A stretch of 64,000 nucleotides of DNA, taken from Zancudomyces culisetae HAW-14-8 (Eukaryota; Fungi; Kickxellomycota). This document shows, one piece after another, positions 9,601 through 23,221 of the stretch. Every line of letters starts with the position of its first letter. Position 1 is the first letter of the stretch. The stretch is taken from contig JBNJNM010000008.1 of NCBI GenBank assembly GCA_052426225.1, positions 2,088,387 to 2,152,386 on the forward strand, written 5' to 3'. The notes under the pieces are model-generated. The model was not told the origin of the DNA, did not search any database, and saw only the letters and a program-made list of their open reading frames with translations. The position numbers and the translations under genes were made by a program.

Positions 9601-11985
9601 TTAATCATCAATCATAGAGTTAATAGCCGAACCAAACCTAGCGTGATTGTTGTTTTTGTATAGGAATTCACACCCACGAGTTTTATCACCTCTCTGTGCT
9701 TGCTCGATGGGGTTGTACAATAATTCAGTAAAATTAAAGCTCGAAAAAGCTTCCCTATAGCTGGAAATAATGAGATTTTGCTCAAATGTTGGAGACTGGT
9801 TTTTATACATAGATTTAGCGTTTGCACTCACAATTGGGTAAAATACGCGCTCAATCATTTTTTTGCATTGACTAAGCAACGTGATATTCTGAGGTCGTGT
9901 ATCAAAGTTGGCAAATTTTACATAAAAGTCTTGAGGATCATCATCCAAGGTTGGATTATTGATACTGTGAGCATTGTGATTTTCGGATGTCAGTTTTGAG
10001 GTACTCAGCTCTTCAAATGGCAGACATTGTTTTTTTAGTTCATTTCTTATTACTTTCAAATCAACTGCAGTTATAAATCGCTTTTTACTAGCTTCCTTAA
10101 TAAATCGTGATGAAAATGCATTATTTCTATCCAGACCTTTTTTTCCAGTAATCCTACTCAACAGGAACGGGTCGTGTATCTTTGGATTTTCTGTATTATT
10201 ACAGCATAACTTTTTGAGAAAGCTGCTTTCAGTTGGAACAAACCATGGATTATAGTCATATGGTGAAAGCATTTTCATTGCAAAATCTGGTGGTATGTTT
10301 CTAAATTTGGCGTTGGCTTTGTCATAACCCTTTTTAAGATTGGACAAGCCAATTAGTAAATATATGTATGTTTGTGATAGTTGAGATGTTGATTTGAGTC
10401 TTTCAAAGTACTCAGATAATACGTTTTTTCCATTTATGATTGCGTTGAGCCTACTTAGATCTTTTACATATTCCATGTTCACGAGATGTTTAAAGGCGCG
10501 AAAAGTCATGCTATTTAGCTCGACATCAAACTTATCAAGTGAAAAGTTTGACATTAGCCAGTAGAATATCTCTGTAAAGCGAATAGTGTTCTCGATTAGC
10601 ATTATTTTAGCCAGCTTTACCCTCACTGGGGGGATGTCCACGCTTTCATAGTAAGCTACCTCTGATGTGATGATGTGTAGATTAGCTACACAGGAGTTTA
10701 GAATTAATGTACAGTAGCGTAGTATAAAGTATTCAATATTCATCACATTCACTATATCTGGATTGCGTACTCCAAATACCAATACTTTTTTCAACTCATT
10801 GTGAAATTTTACCACGACACTCTCCTGAAACTGTATGGAGTTTGTGAATAGTCTCAAATAGCACTGATAATCTTTTTTCATGTCCTTTGCTATTGTAATC
10901 TCTCTCCGGTTTATAAAAGTTACATTTAAATGTCTTATCCTGAACAGCATTACATATGAAGCAAATGTATCAAATTTGAATTCACCTTGGCTGCTTAGAA
11001 TCATGTCACCTCTTTTCGTCGAGTTTGTTGGAAGTATAAATTCCGAATTATTATGCCATAAACGATCATTGCTGGGTATGTTTACAAATATGTCCTTCAG
11101 CTGTAAAGCCGGTTGAACCACTGTTGATTCAGATAATAATACGGAGAAAATATATGTGCACCACCAAAGACGTCTTTTAAGTTCTTTTTCCACTATCAAA
11201 TCCTCGCTCTGATTAGCGGGTGTTCTAATACAATATTCATCAACCCTATGTAATTTCATTAAAATTGCCAAGCTGGCTGCTAGGTGTACATATTTTGTGT
11301 ACTGTGACAGGATTCCAAGTGCAGCATAGTATTTGGCTAAAACTAGCATTGTCCATATACTCAAGTAGTCCGGTTTACTGATTACCGTTCTCATATACTC
11401 AGTAACATTTTTTAATGCTCTTTTACGCTTCTCCTCAGTAAATGCTTCAAAAAACTTATCATTTTTTAATAAGGTTGACCCCACCAGCAAAAGTATGTAA
11501 ACCACATGTTTTGGCACTTGAAAACTCTTTATATTCTGTATAAACTGAGGTATCCTTACAACATTCACAAGCAATGGATAGCGGTATATAAACCTATCCA
11601 TTAGCTCGTCTATCACATCTCGCAAAAGTTTTGATAACACTATATATTCTGAGTCCCTATCAATGTTATTTTGAATGTTCATATCAACAGTACAAACCTT
11701 TGTCATCAAATTATGCGTTACAATTTTTATATGCTGATTGACGTTTTCCTTTGCGGTAGTTTTCGTTTTATTGACATGATCGTCCAATGCTTTAATTTTC
11801 GTTTCTATACCCTTGAGCTTTCCATACAAAATCCTATTTTTGGGCTTGTTATACACTTTTTTTTTTATATTAACCCTGAACTTTATTATGTGTTTTTTAT
11901 AGGCATTTTCGGTGTTTGGTTTTGATCTCTTCCGTTTGCCACAACTACTGGTAGAGTTTTTACCTTCTTTTTTTGTTTGCATCAT
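9601..11985 (-). CDS. Fungal-specific transcription factor (Fungal_trans/MHR-like) domain protein without a Zn2Cys6 cluster
   Basis: 794-aa intact ORF with a basic N-terminal NLS-like tract (GKRKRSKP) and the MHR pattern LAILMKLH...EKELKRRLWWCTYI...VNIPSNDRLW. Confidence 0.75.
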   Translation of the reverse strand: MMQTKKEGKNSTSSCGKRKRSKPNTENAYKKHIIKFRVNIKKKVYNKPKNRILYGKLKGIETKIKALDDHVNKTKTTAKENVNQHIKIVTHNLMTKVCTVDMNIQNNIDRDSEYIVLSKLLRDVIDELMDRFIYRYPLLVNVVRIPQFIQNIKSFQVPKHVVYILLLVGSTLLKNDKFFEAFTEEKRKRALKNVTEYMRTVISKPDYLSIWTMLVLAKYYAALGILSQYTKYVHLAASLAILMKLHRVDEYCIRTPANQSEDLIVEKELKRRLWWCTYIFSVLLSESTVVQPALQLKDIFVNIPSNDRLWHNNSEFILPTNSTKRGDMILSSQGEFKFDTFASYVMLFRIRHLNVTFINRREITIAKDMKKDYQCYLRLFTNSIQFQESVVVKFHNELKKVLVFGVRNPDIVNVMNIEYFILRYCTLILNSCVANLHIITSEVAYYESVDIPPVRVKLAKIMLIENTIRFTEIFYWLMSNFSLDKFDVELNSMTFRAFKHLVNMEYVKDLSRLNAIINGKNVLSEYFERLKSTSQLSQTYIYLLIGLSNLKKGYDKANAKFRNIPPDFAMKMLSPYDYNPWFVPTESSFLKKLCCNNTENPKIHDPFLLSRITGKKGLDRNNAFSSRFIKEASKKRFITAVDLKVIRNELKKQCLPFEELSTSKLTSENHNAHSINNPTLDDDPQDFYVKFANFDTRPQNITLLSQCKKMIERVFYPIVSANAKSMYKNQSPTFEQNLIISSYREAFSSFNFTELLYNPIEQAQRGDKTRGCEFLYKNNNHARFGSAINSMIDD

Positions 11986-14475
11986 TATAAAAGCTATCTC
12001 AAAATAGAACCTTGAAACGAATAAGTTGAGGTGAACTCATCGCAATCAACCATATGCCCAACTCTGGGGTTATATAGTATTATTTTTATTTCTACCTCTT
12101 TAATTCGAGTTTTTTCCTTTTTGATGTTTGGGAGGTCAAGTTTGCATACTTCCTCGTTTGTTATTCTATAGTAATTTTTTCAATCAATTGAAAACTGTTA
12201 ATATTTTACATAAGAAAAGGTCATTATAATAAGTTTCTGTAAATAAAACTAAATGACGGGGACATGAAAGCTAGTTTAGCTTCTTTCTTTACAAAAAAGA
12301 CATCAAAAACATGTGAAGTGTACTACATCTCATTAATAATCTGAGGTTTATGTAACTCGGGTTACAGGATGTGAGAGTAACAAAACAAATTCTTTTCTGG
12401 TTACGTAAATTTATGCAAAAGTTTACCAAAAATATAAACTTCGCTTTTAGCAGAACTCAAGTTCTTAACATTACTAAATTAATAGCCCAATGAACAATTT
12501 TGTTGATGGTTTGCTTTAAATATAGCTACACCAGGTACTATTCCATGAATTATTAAAGCGATTCAAGAAATATTAAATGAGCAGTTAATGTTTTATTTTC
12601 TCAAAAATAGTGTAGCACATATTATATTAATTTTGCTATTTATATAACAATAACTAAATTATTACAATACTAAACTGAGAATATTGACTGTGATCTATGA
12701 GAATACGATGAATTGTTCTCGCTTTAGTAATGATTGCTTAAATTGTATAATTGTTTTGAGAATTATATAACCAGTGTTAATCATTTACAGTACACCAATA
12801 ATAATCTGATTGAACCTAATAGAAAAAATGTAGCTATTTGGAGAAAAGCAGCAAAAAAATTATGGAATTTCAACCAGTTACCATCACCGGAAAGTTCATC
12901 TCTGAACACCTGCAATTTCACCACTAAACCAAGGCACAATAAATATGAAACCGATTCAGAGCTAAGAGCCACCATGAAAATTAAGAAATCAGCCTTAGGA
13001 TTAGCAGTATTCAAAGCGAAAAAATAAATACAGTTTGGGAATTGAATTTATATAGCTTTTTAACAAAAAAAAACAGATGCAATAATTCACACCCAAATAA
13101 TTTGTCTAGCATGAATAGATTCAATGTGTAAAGTACCTACCAATACTCTACCCACATCCTTCTTGAAGGTTAATTGCTTGAACACACGATAAAACTTTAG
13201 TCCAGATTATGATTTTTTTACAGTGAGAATAGGTTTTAATAACGGATAAAAAAGACTGATGATATTTGTATTAATTTATCTATCAACTGAACCATTGTTA
13301 TTCTGGCGTCATTGATTCTTTTCAGAACATAATTATTTGTTGTAAGCCAACCGTGAGATTCATTGAAGCAGCAGGCTCACCATTTCCTTACTGAAGTTGT
13401 CCACAAACCCAGAAAACCCATACTGTTTTTCAACAGCAGTTTCAGTAAGCATCGTATTTTTTGATTCTATAAAGTTCATGTTAGAGCCTGAATCACATAG
13501 GATTCAAGGTTGTTACAACAGTTGGCAAACCTTTATATGCTCAGTTTTAATCGATTTAAAACTACAATAACAACTTTTATTTTGGTATACAAAAATGTGA
13601 TGTTCTAGTAAAAACCCAAATTCAATGGAATATTGCATTGTACATTAAGCTTTCTATTGTATTATTTATTATAGCTTTGCACCAATATTAGCAATGAGGA
13701 TAGTCACTAATTTAATATGCTAGCATGTTATAGAATTCCAGCTACTGTAAATTATTGATTACAAAGTTCGCAATGTATAATTGAAGTCAATAAATGTTAC
13801 TTTTATCGGATTTTATCTTTAAACACAGGTATTAAAATGTTCGAAATACAAATCTCAAGCGAATATAAGATTTTTTTGTAAGTAGACGAATATTTAGCGT
13901 TTGATTCAGTGTATAAACTGGTATATTGTTGTTGTTATTAATGAGCTTAGAAATATAAGTAGTACTCGAGATTAAACTACATATCACTGGCTCTTAGGGG
14001 TATTGCAGTTTGATTTTTACCCCATTTTTGTTTTTGATGTATTTAGTATCATGGTGGGTGTAAGAATATCGAGTCTAAGAATACTGGGTCTTGGGCTTAT
14101 TATATAGTTATCACATCAAATTTTTTATATTGGCTACAGAAATTGATTTATATTCAAAATACTTGACGTTCAATTGAAGAATATAACCCTGTTGATTTTC
14201 CAATTATTGCCATACTAAAATATCACTATTTTTCTTTTGTCCAAAAAAGTTAAATGGTTGATGGGATAGATTGACAAAGATAATAAATCTTTTGGCACTA
14301 ATAAAGATGTAGAGTGGTTTTCAAAATATCAAAAACAAAAATCTGTACTCATACATGGTATGATCAGTGTTGGCGATAAAATACAGCGATATAGCCGACA
14401 AAAAAAAGATTTACTACTATAATACAATGTTATTTGAGTGAGTGTTATTTTTTGCTAATGTATTTATTTATTTAT

Positions 14476-14858
14476 AATATGGTTAGTTGAATATAATCAA
14501 AATTTGTTGCTATTAAGCGATTTTTTAGATAAAACTCCCATCTAATTCCCTTCCGTACCTTGCTAAAGAAAAGGTGTTAAAGTTAATACAACAAAGAAAC
14601 AAATCGAGTTATTGTTTTCATTATTTTAGTTTTTTAGTTTTGATTTAAAATTTTATACGTTTAATTTGCAAGTTCTATTTAATAAAATTTTCTAAATTTA
14701 AACATTTTTATATAGAATTAATATTATCCTATGTATACTGGTAGAAGTAATCGATAAAGAGAATCAATAAAATAATGTTTATTATAAAAATAATATAAAA
14801 ATATTTGAGACTGGATGCTCGCATAATAATTAAAATTTCATTTCATTCAACTAACATA
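14476..14858 (+). mobile_element. Decayed DIRS 3' module (ICR half, C-tract, ITR, terminus)
   Basis: Starts aatatggttagttgaatataatc, has ctcccatctaattcccttccgtacc, ends ctggatgctcgcataataat...tttcattcaactaacat. Confidence 0.75.
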
Positions 14859-17117
14859 AATTATCTGCTTAATAGTTATACGTTTAACGCCCTACTGAGT
14901 ATTATTTATTCCCAATATATACAAACGAGACAATTCTAATTTATATTGAATGTTTTTACTATAGTCATTAGGTGAGAAAGAGGACGTTATAATAATTAAT
15001 TCAAAACTATGATATTTATTAAATAACCTATAAGAATTAGCCTATAAATTAAAGAGAATACTGGTAAAAATTCAACTATGTAAAATTCCATACAAAAAAT
15101 GGAAGAATGTTGGGGAGGATGATTCATTGAATTTTAATTCAAAAATTATTCAAGCTGTTCCTAAATCTTACGTCAAATAATAATTAACACTAATATTATT
15201 ACGTTTACCAATTCCAATAGATATTAATTAAGGATCGATCCACTCTTGTTCTATATATTTCATTGATATTATGTTTTTCAACAGTTTCGAAAACTTTAGT
15301 ATCCTATTCTCACTTTTTAATTAAATTAACTTTATAAAAGAATTATTAAATTATAAAAATATTCTTAATCAAACCCTACTTGGACAAGCTGTAATGCAAA
15401 AAAAGTCTCAAAAAAAATCTACCTGAAATATTATTCCAGTCCTACAATATCCAAATCACATCTAGGTTGATTTTGTTACTTAACATTTTACCGGACTTGA
15501 AATATTGTAATATTTTCCGCTCACACCTACCTTTTACAAACCTGGATTGGTTTACAAATTAACTATTTCTATGTATTTTTGAATTGCAACTTTATATTTA
15601 TCAATTTATTCAGCTATAGTAATAATTCTATACTGAAGCTTTTAAACTAATATATTTGGATTTTGAAATCTAAACTTAATTGGCAACCCACATGTAAGAA
15701 ATGTCACCATTTCTCATACTATGTAGATCAAATTTGCTATCACCAACTCTAGGTGGATGAACGCAATAACCATTACAATTAGCCGCATTACAAAACTTAT
15801 GGAAATACTTGGGGTTTCAGACCATCAGTGACACAAGATAAAAATTTAGGTGAGTTGTAGCATCTGTTTGGTTTGAAACGGAAAGTTACTATAAGATTGG
15901 TAACATACATATCTGAAAGTAACTCGAGGTTAACTTTTGCCCGTGTTCGTGTGCATCCATAGTGACTGTTATTAAATTTGACTTCCGAGACACTTTTTTG
16001 ACCTGATATTTGTACGGCTTGGTTTTGTGAATTCTGTACACTTTAAGCAAGGAATGAGCCAAGTGCTAAGGTACTGAGGATTACAAACTTGATCATTACA
16101 TATGTGTTTCATTTTTCATTTTCGGTTTTAGTTAAAGTTTCTATCTTCTATGGGAATCGATATAGTTTCTTTTTTAGCTGAACTAATTGTGTTTTATGTA
16201 CTTTTCTAAACTAAAGGGATTATGTCAAAGTGTTTAAAATATTAACTATAGCTTTGTAATACACTTCATAAAGCAAAATTATTATTTTTTAAACAACCTA
16301 GATCGAAGCTTTTAAGTTCTAGACACTAAAATTGTATTTCATAGATAAAATGTGATCTAAATATCTTAATAATGTTGTAATTTCAACAACAATCTAACAA
16401 TTTTTACATAAGCCGTCCTAAAAGTAGGTATAACCTATACAAACTAAAGAAATCTGATAATGACTATTAGTATATAAAGAGGAAACGGACCTAAAAAGAG
16501 AAGTAGTCAGTCCTATTAGTTTGAAGGTGGTTAAGGCCTAGTGTCTTGAGAAAAATTTAAATATACAGCATTTATTTAATAAAGACAGTAGTCATTTACC
16601 ACAATATAGATATTAAATTAAAATGTTTAGGTCAAAATTCATACTCACATATATCAATTTAGGTAATTTTGGAATCACTAAAAAAATTTCTGTACCTTTA
16701 TGTTGTTTTGTTTGGTGAATTCCGAGTTAATAAAAAACACCCAAATTAGGTGGTGTTGGTATAAAAGTAGCAAATAAAGAACGAAATTAGAAAACATGGG
16801 CGTGAATTTATGGAACTTGAGTGAAACTCCACATACGACCATTCAAAGGATTTGATGATTGGAAATCATCAACAAATTCCAAATATGACAAACGATTTGG
16901 GTAAACAAATTGTTGGTACTAGTAAAAAAAGAGTAAACAAAAAAATGAAAAATGTATAAAAACAGTTAAATATGAAAATTATCAAGCCGGCATTTTAAAC
17001 ACAAAGGCATCCTAATAGCTCTAGGCTTCAAACCAGGGACATCCTTTTAAATTGAATAAAGTTTTTTTTCCTAAAAAACTTTCTAGTAGGTATATAGACA
17101 ACAGCAATCAAAGTAGA

Positions 17118-18797
17118 ATGGAAAGGTCAGTTCTGGGGTTGGGTTTTTACGTACACGACTATATTCTGAGTGTATTATTTTCAATACAGTTTGTTGACAA
17201 CCTTGTGTTGTTTGCAACTGAGAGCGAATATAGACACATACTGGCAAATCTTATTTACATACCATTATTGGCATGTGATATAAAATGGTTGTTAAAATAC
17301 ATCGTCTCGGATCAATGGCTACAAGAAATACTGATTTTTATTAAGAACATGTTTTTACTTTATCTGTGTTGTTACCAAATATCGGGAAAAATTCGGAAAA
17401 CAGTAAAGGAACTAGCCGTGCCCTATGGTTTAAAAAAGGTAAAATGCATGGAGGCTGGTATTAACAGTAACTATTTGAAGGGGTACAAAGGCGAACGTAA
17501 TGTTTATGGGAAGCACATGAACCAAAGTCTGTGTATAGTTAATTCGGAGGAAGGAAGAAGTATTTTGATCGGCGGAAGGTTTTCATCAGAATATGTAAAG
17601 CATCCAGAGACAATATTCAATAAAAATCGGGCTTTTCTAAGAAACCACCACAAACACACAATATTGACCAGAGGAATGAATGTGAGCGATATTCTATACA
17701 GAAGATACTTGTTATATTTTCTGTCATATGTTGATTTAAACGAATCGATGGAGGCAATCCAACCAACCCTGGAACAAGTAATTAGAAAAGAGATTATATC
17801 CTCTGGAAGCATGTATAATGGAAATGAGGTTGTGGTTAACAATTTGTATGAAACAGTAAAATGTATGGTTAGATTTGCCGTAGTATTTAGATTTTTTGGC
17901 CCATACGCAATAAGAGACAGGAATTTGGTTGAAAGCTTGAAAAAAGTGACGAAACCGACCAGGCTTGGAAACGTCAATAATCAAGAGTTTTTTTCAGTAC
18001 TTTTTACTGCAGGATATTTGGGTAAAAACTACTTTTTTGAATATTTTGAACTTGAGTCGAGCTGCAGAAAATACCTTCCCGAATACAGAAAACCAACTGA
18101 TATAATACAATTTTTTACAGACAATTTTAGCATTTTCCAAGTGGAGCTAACGAGCGTTGCGTATTGTATACAGAAAGCTATAGCCATTGGTGTGGAAGTG
18201 ACATCAAGGCGAATGTTTAATTTATTAGTGGAACTTAGTCTGAGGCCTCACGTCTACAAAGAGTTGCTGCAGGAGCAAAATGAGCTTATTGAAAAAAATG
18301 GTGGTAACAACCATATTCCATTTGAGATGTTGGACGAAATGGTGTACTTGGATGCGTTCATTAAAGAAACGATCAGGCTTTCGGGATCGGATCCATTTAT
18401 GCCCCGTTGCACAACCCAGGAAGTAGTGATGTCTAATGGCGTGACCATTTCTAAACATCAATATGTGAGTTTTAACATTCAGGCGCATAATAGGGATCCC
18501 AAAATATTTGGGCCAAATGCGAATGAATTCGACTACAAGCGACACATTCGTCTTGGTCTGAAACTAACAGATGCTTCGCTGGCTAATTTAATGTGGGGTG
18601 CTGGCAATCGGGTTTGTCTAGCAAGAATATATGCAGCTGCACTTATGAAGCTGATGTTGGCAATGATCATTAGAAAATACGAGGTGCATGCCAATTATGC
18701 TGTTAAAAAAAATAAGCATGGACAACCCGCATTCACTCACTATACATCTCTTAGCGATTTTTGCATAAACAAGGGATTGTACTTTAAGATTCGTTGA
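17118..18797 (+). CDS. Cytochrome P450, atypical
   Basis: ExxR (KETIRL), HNRDPKIFGPNANEFDYKRH (PERF region) and heme motif WGAGNRVCLA. First ATG at 17118; hydrophobic N-terminus; intronless. Confidence 0.9.
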   Translation: MERSVLGLGFYVHDYILSVLFSIQFVDNLVLFATESEYRHILANLIYIPLLACDIKWLLKYIVSDQWLQEILIFIKNMFLLYLCCYQISGKIRKTVKELAVPYGLKKVKCMEAGINSNYLKGYKGERNVYGKHMNQSLCIVNSEEGRSILIGGRFSSEYVKHPETIFNKNRAFLRNHHKHTILTRGMNVSDILYRRYLLYFLSYVDLNESMEAIQPTLEQVIRKEIISSGSMYNGNEVVVNNLYETVKCMVRFAVVFRFFGPYAIRDRNLVESLKKVTKPTRLGNVNNQEFFSVLFTAGYLGKNYFFEYFELESSCRKYLPEYRKPTDIIQFFTDNFSIFQVELTSVAYCIQKAIAIGVEVTSRRMFNLLVELSLRPHVYKELLQEQNELIEKNGGNNHIPFEMLDEMVYLDAFIKETIRLSGSDPFMPRCTTQEVVMSNGVTISKHQYVSFNIQAHNRDPKIFGPNANEFDYKRHIRLGLKLTDASLANLMWGAGNRVCLARIYAAALMKLMLAMIIRKYEVHANYAVKKNKHGQPAFTHYTSLSDFCINKGLYFKIR

Positions 18798-19032
18798 TTA
18801 TGTAGTGTGTTACATTTTTTTGTTAATTTGGTCAATAACTAACTAAATAGAGTGAAGATAACAATGTTTTTAAACGTTCCAAAAAATAAAAGCAATACAT
18901 AAAAGAGAAAAGTTGAAACATAACATTAGCAATATACCCTTGATTTGGTTTTGATAATACACAGTATTACTATAGCTGAATTTGACAAAAAATACTCTTG
19001 ATGTGCTTGAGGGTTTACTTTAGCTAAATACT

Positions 19033-19489
19033 AATGTATATAGTCAAGTGAAATGAAAGCCTATTATTATTATGCGAACATCCAAATATCAATATTCTCA
19101 TAAATACTCATTATAGCCAAATCAAATTATTATCAGTAACTCAGGAATTATAAAATTGTACTTTACTGTATGTCATTTCATACATCATTTGAATAAAGAT
19201 TCCTAAGTTTAACTCGTTTAATATTGTTTTATTGTTTTATTGTTTTATTGTTTTATTGTTTTATTGTTTTATTGTTTTATTGTTTTATTGTTTTATTGTT
19301 TTATTGTTTTATTGTTTTATTGTTTTATTGTTTTATTGTATTATTGTTTTATCTATTATATGGTAAGGGATTAATCGATTAAACGAGCATCTAGATAAAA
19401 ATATTCAGTATATAATAAGGATGGTACACACATAATAGTATCTGGATGTTCGCATAATAATAATTGGTTTTCATTTCATTCAACTAAAC
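19033..19489 (+). mobile_element. Decayed DIRS 3' module with an internal tandem repeat
   Basis: Starts ...gaaatgaaagcctattattattatgcgaacatcc. 19361..19489 aligns to the ITR and terminus of element 1 (ggtacacacataatagtatctggatgttcgcataataat...caactaaac). Confidence 0.85.
19223..19350. repeat. Tandem repeat (ATTGTTTT)x16, one variant unit
   Basis: Directly visible. Confidence 0.95.
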
Positions 19490-20480
19490 CAATGAATATT
19501 ATCCTTGTCTATTTTCATTGAACAGTTCAGAATTTTTATGCAGTGTTTAATTTGTTGGTTTTATACCAGATAATTGGTTACTTGGTTAAAATGCCAAGTT
19601 CATAAAAAAATATCGGAACACATCCTTGACAATGGTAGTTACCCCCACAAATTTATGGTTGCAGTAAATGTCAGTTCAATCAGCTACCTTTACGTATTTG
19701 CACAATGTGTATACTTTCTACTTCTAGACCATTTCGACTACTTGGGCTCGCTTAACCACTCTGTACTCCAGAAGGTATACGAAATTGGGATTTAATAATT
19801 ACTACTTTCTGTTTTTTAACTTAATTACGTAAAAATACACTACAGTTTTACATTTTGTTATTATCATCTTGAAAAATATTGAAAACCTTAATTAAACCAG
19901 TAGGATTAATAACTTGATAAAATCATTGTTTTATCTTTACAATATGTTTGTGAAAATATCGAACTTGGATAGCCTACATACATATTTCAATGAGATAGCC
20001 TTATCACAAATCAATTATCCGTATTCTAAATAATTGAAGATATTCTAAAATAATTCATTACCAAAATGATGAATATTCTTATGCTAATATCACATTTCCT
20101 ATAAATTACCTTTTGGTTACTAGTTATTTGTAATAGGTGTCAAAGACCGAATAAACATATCCCACAATATTATTTTGCTGTAAAACCATTAAAGAATGTA
20201 TTTTATAACCAACTTATGGTTTAATGGTAATACTATGCTGTTGATAGTTGTGTTAAATAGTGCTTTTTAGTTATTTAAAACCGTTTTCTTAAAGAGATTA
20301 ACAACACAGTGTAAATATACTTGATATTTATTTGATTGTCAGCTATTTATAGCATTAATATTTCAATCAAAATGTATATAAATGATAGGGTTACTATATA
20401 GATATGAATCAATATTCAAACATTTTTTGGGATTTGATTTATAGCCATCGTAAAGTTTAAACAAATTCAATAATAACAAC

Positions 20481-20785
20481 ATGGTTGACTTTAGGCAAAA
20501 AGTCATTTTACTGATTTCAGTGTTTACAGCTGGTTCAAAATTTCAAGCGTTCAAGTACCGAACAATTTGAACTGATGAAAATTCTGTCAACAGCTATAAA
20601 CGGCACGGTAGATATGAAAGCGGAAGGGGACCTACCCTAAACACTCAAATGTTAAAACATGTTTATATATAGACACGGTAGGTACAATAGTGATTTAACC
20701 AAATATCAGTTATAATTTGCCAAGTATTAATTCATGTATCCTCGATGGTGGTGTCATGTGTAGTTGGATGTCTTACAAAACCTAA
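20481..20785 (+). pseudogene. Decayed member of the small secreted Cys/crystallin-like family
   Basis: TATA-like tatataaa at ~20375; signal-like MVDFRQKVILLISVFTAGS followed by an early stop. A later segment PNISYNLPSINSCILDGG resembles PNRCYVMPTTGSCLLNGG of 32262..32684. Confidence 0.55.
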
Positions 20786-21158
20786 AGAAATCAAGTAATA
20801 CCTTTTTATTTCAATTGCATCAACTAATATTTTAACAAGAAAACAATCAATATTTAAAAAAACTATTATTATTAAAAAATAATCATATAATCACAGAAAG
20901 TATAAAACGGAAAATCAAATAAAAATATGTTAGATTAAATAATATATATATATATTGTTTAATAAAAGTATAAAAAGAAAAAGGAATTGACGAAGCCACA
21001 AGTCATGGACACTGAGAAACAAAACTATGACCAAAACTGATTAAATAAAATATTAGTAACTAATGTGAATAGTTAAAATTTTCTAAGTGTAATAGAAAAT
21101 AAAGAAAGAATATTTTCAAATGGAAAACATATTGGTTTTAGTTATAACTAAAAAAGAT

Positions 21159-21420
21159 AATAGTGCTACGGCTAGTTAAGCTTATAATACTTTAAATATT
21201 AAAATCTCAATTAATATGCCAGGTCTTATGCATAAACTGAGATTAGCGTGGATACACAGGCCAAAGATGAAGGTTGTTATTCATCAGACAGTGATCGTTC
21301 TGGAGCCACCAATATGGAGTTGGATTCCAGAGAGTCAGGTGACCCATTTAAAGAGCTTGCTGATCAAACCTTTTTGCTAATGAAAACCCCGATAACAGGC
21401 GAGTATCAGACCGTACTCGC
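21159..21420 (+). repeat. Dispersed repeat / relic ORF start, copy A (homologous to 27021..27300)
   Basis: Shared aatagtgctacggcta and peptide DEGCYSSDSDRSGAT versus DEGRYSSDSDRSEAT. Confidence 0.7.
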
Positions 21421-23221
21421 TCAACAACCTGTATCTTTTTACTTTTATTTTATTTAGTATATTCACTTTGTCTATCTGTTGTTTTCACATTCAGATTAAA
21501 ATATTGACATGCCTTTTATGATGATTCTGATATAGGTTGATATGAAAACACTATATCGGTGTACTCTGGTGCTGTTTTACTTGGTTTTAGGATATTTCAC
21601 TTAGTATAAAATGAATATTCATTTAATAGTGGATCTCACACTCAAATTGTAGAAAGTAATAAACCTAAATTAAATTACTGATATCAGAGAAACTCAATTT
21701 TAATATTTAATAAATTCGTATTTATCTTGCCTAGATCTGAATTATTATGTAGGCTACATAATTTTACTCGCGCTAGTGTCGTTTCACTAAAAATCAAACC
21801 TAAACTAAATTTTGTATTTCTTGCACTTTAATATGTATTCTATCTTTTCAATAAGCTGAAAAGTAGAGTATTTACACTACTTTTTTTTAAATTTAGGTAT
21901 AATATAACAATAAAAACATACCTATATTCACTCGACGTTGTAAAAATACACTAAACAAACAATAGTAGAATTTGAAAGTGTAACATAATATGGTATTTTC
22001 GTTAATTAAATTTTATCTCTAGTCAAAAATATCTAGAACATTCTAGTTGCATTGGTGTGTTAAATGATTTAGTTGACCAAATATAGTTAAGCTTGGCTAT
22101 TACAAAACAGTTTTAGGTATTTAAAACATTTATTTTTTATCAGTGTTCACTAATAAAGCTCAATTTTTAGCTTCGGTTTGAATTTTGTCAAATCAAATAC
22201 ACTATTCGTAAGAGTATATTTATCGAATCTACTTGAAATGCACTAGAAGCCCTGTCCACAATAATTAATATTCAAACAAACTATTATTATACTCTTAAGT
22301 ATATATACTTTCACCTACAACAATATTGTAAACGAAATTATTACTTTGTACTAGAGCATTACTGTTCATCATTTTAACTCTAGTAAGCTTTAAAATAATA
22401 TCAAGAGCTTATCCTTCTAGTCAGAAATTGGCGATATTCAAAAATTATACCAAGAGATATACGGATGCAAAATTTTAATAAATTACAAATCTAAAGATGA
22501 TATCTTTGTGCTGCTCAACCTGTCTAGAAGTTTTCGTTACACTGTAACTAGATTATTTGGTTTTCGTACATCTAGAATCTATTAGTTCATTATTTTATCA
22601 GACACGTCTAGCTGGTATTAATATTGAAATAAACCAATAGACTATTTAGTTACCTAAAACTAAAATTAAGGCTCAGATAAGAAAAATGATGGAATGTTCG
22701 GGAATATCTATTCCAAACGCCCAATCAGAATTTCAAAATATAAATTAAAACTTTGTTTCTAGACTACGACTTATCGCACTCTAGTAGAGATACTCTGATG
22801 ACACTGGAGGTGATAAGAAGTATTTTACTATTCTTCTACTTTATTTCTAGATTTTTATTTTTTTATATTCCTTTTTCAATAGTCTATTTACTTTTTCGCT
22901 AATAGTTAATCTATATAATTTTAATAGTTAAGATAATATACCTAGAAGTTTGAACTTACAATATATTGTACGATCTATAATAATTTTGCCTAGTATTTGA
23001 TCTACATGCCTTTGATCAGCACACCTGTTACAAATAAGATATACTGTATAGACAAGTCTACTAAAAGTATTACTTTACTAGACCTACAAATTTTTAGTTC
23101 TTTAAAATGTATAAATAGTGATAGATAAAGTCCTAGTTTGAAACTCCAGCCTCAGCTAAAATAGATAAAACTAGACTAAAATAGCCACAAAGTTTATTAC
23201 AGAAAAAGAAAATCTCTAAAA

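Noticed and set aside
12734-13510. Minus-strand ILCDSGSNMNFIES as a retroviral-type protease relic, plus nearby short ORFs
   Set aside because: Single short motif with no supporting gag/RT context; probably a decayed gene that cannot be assigned.
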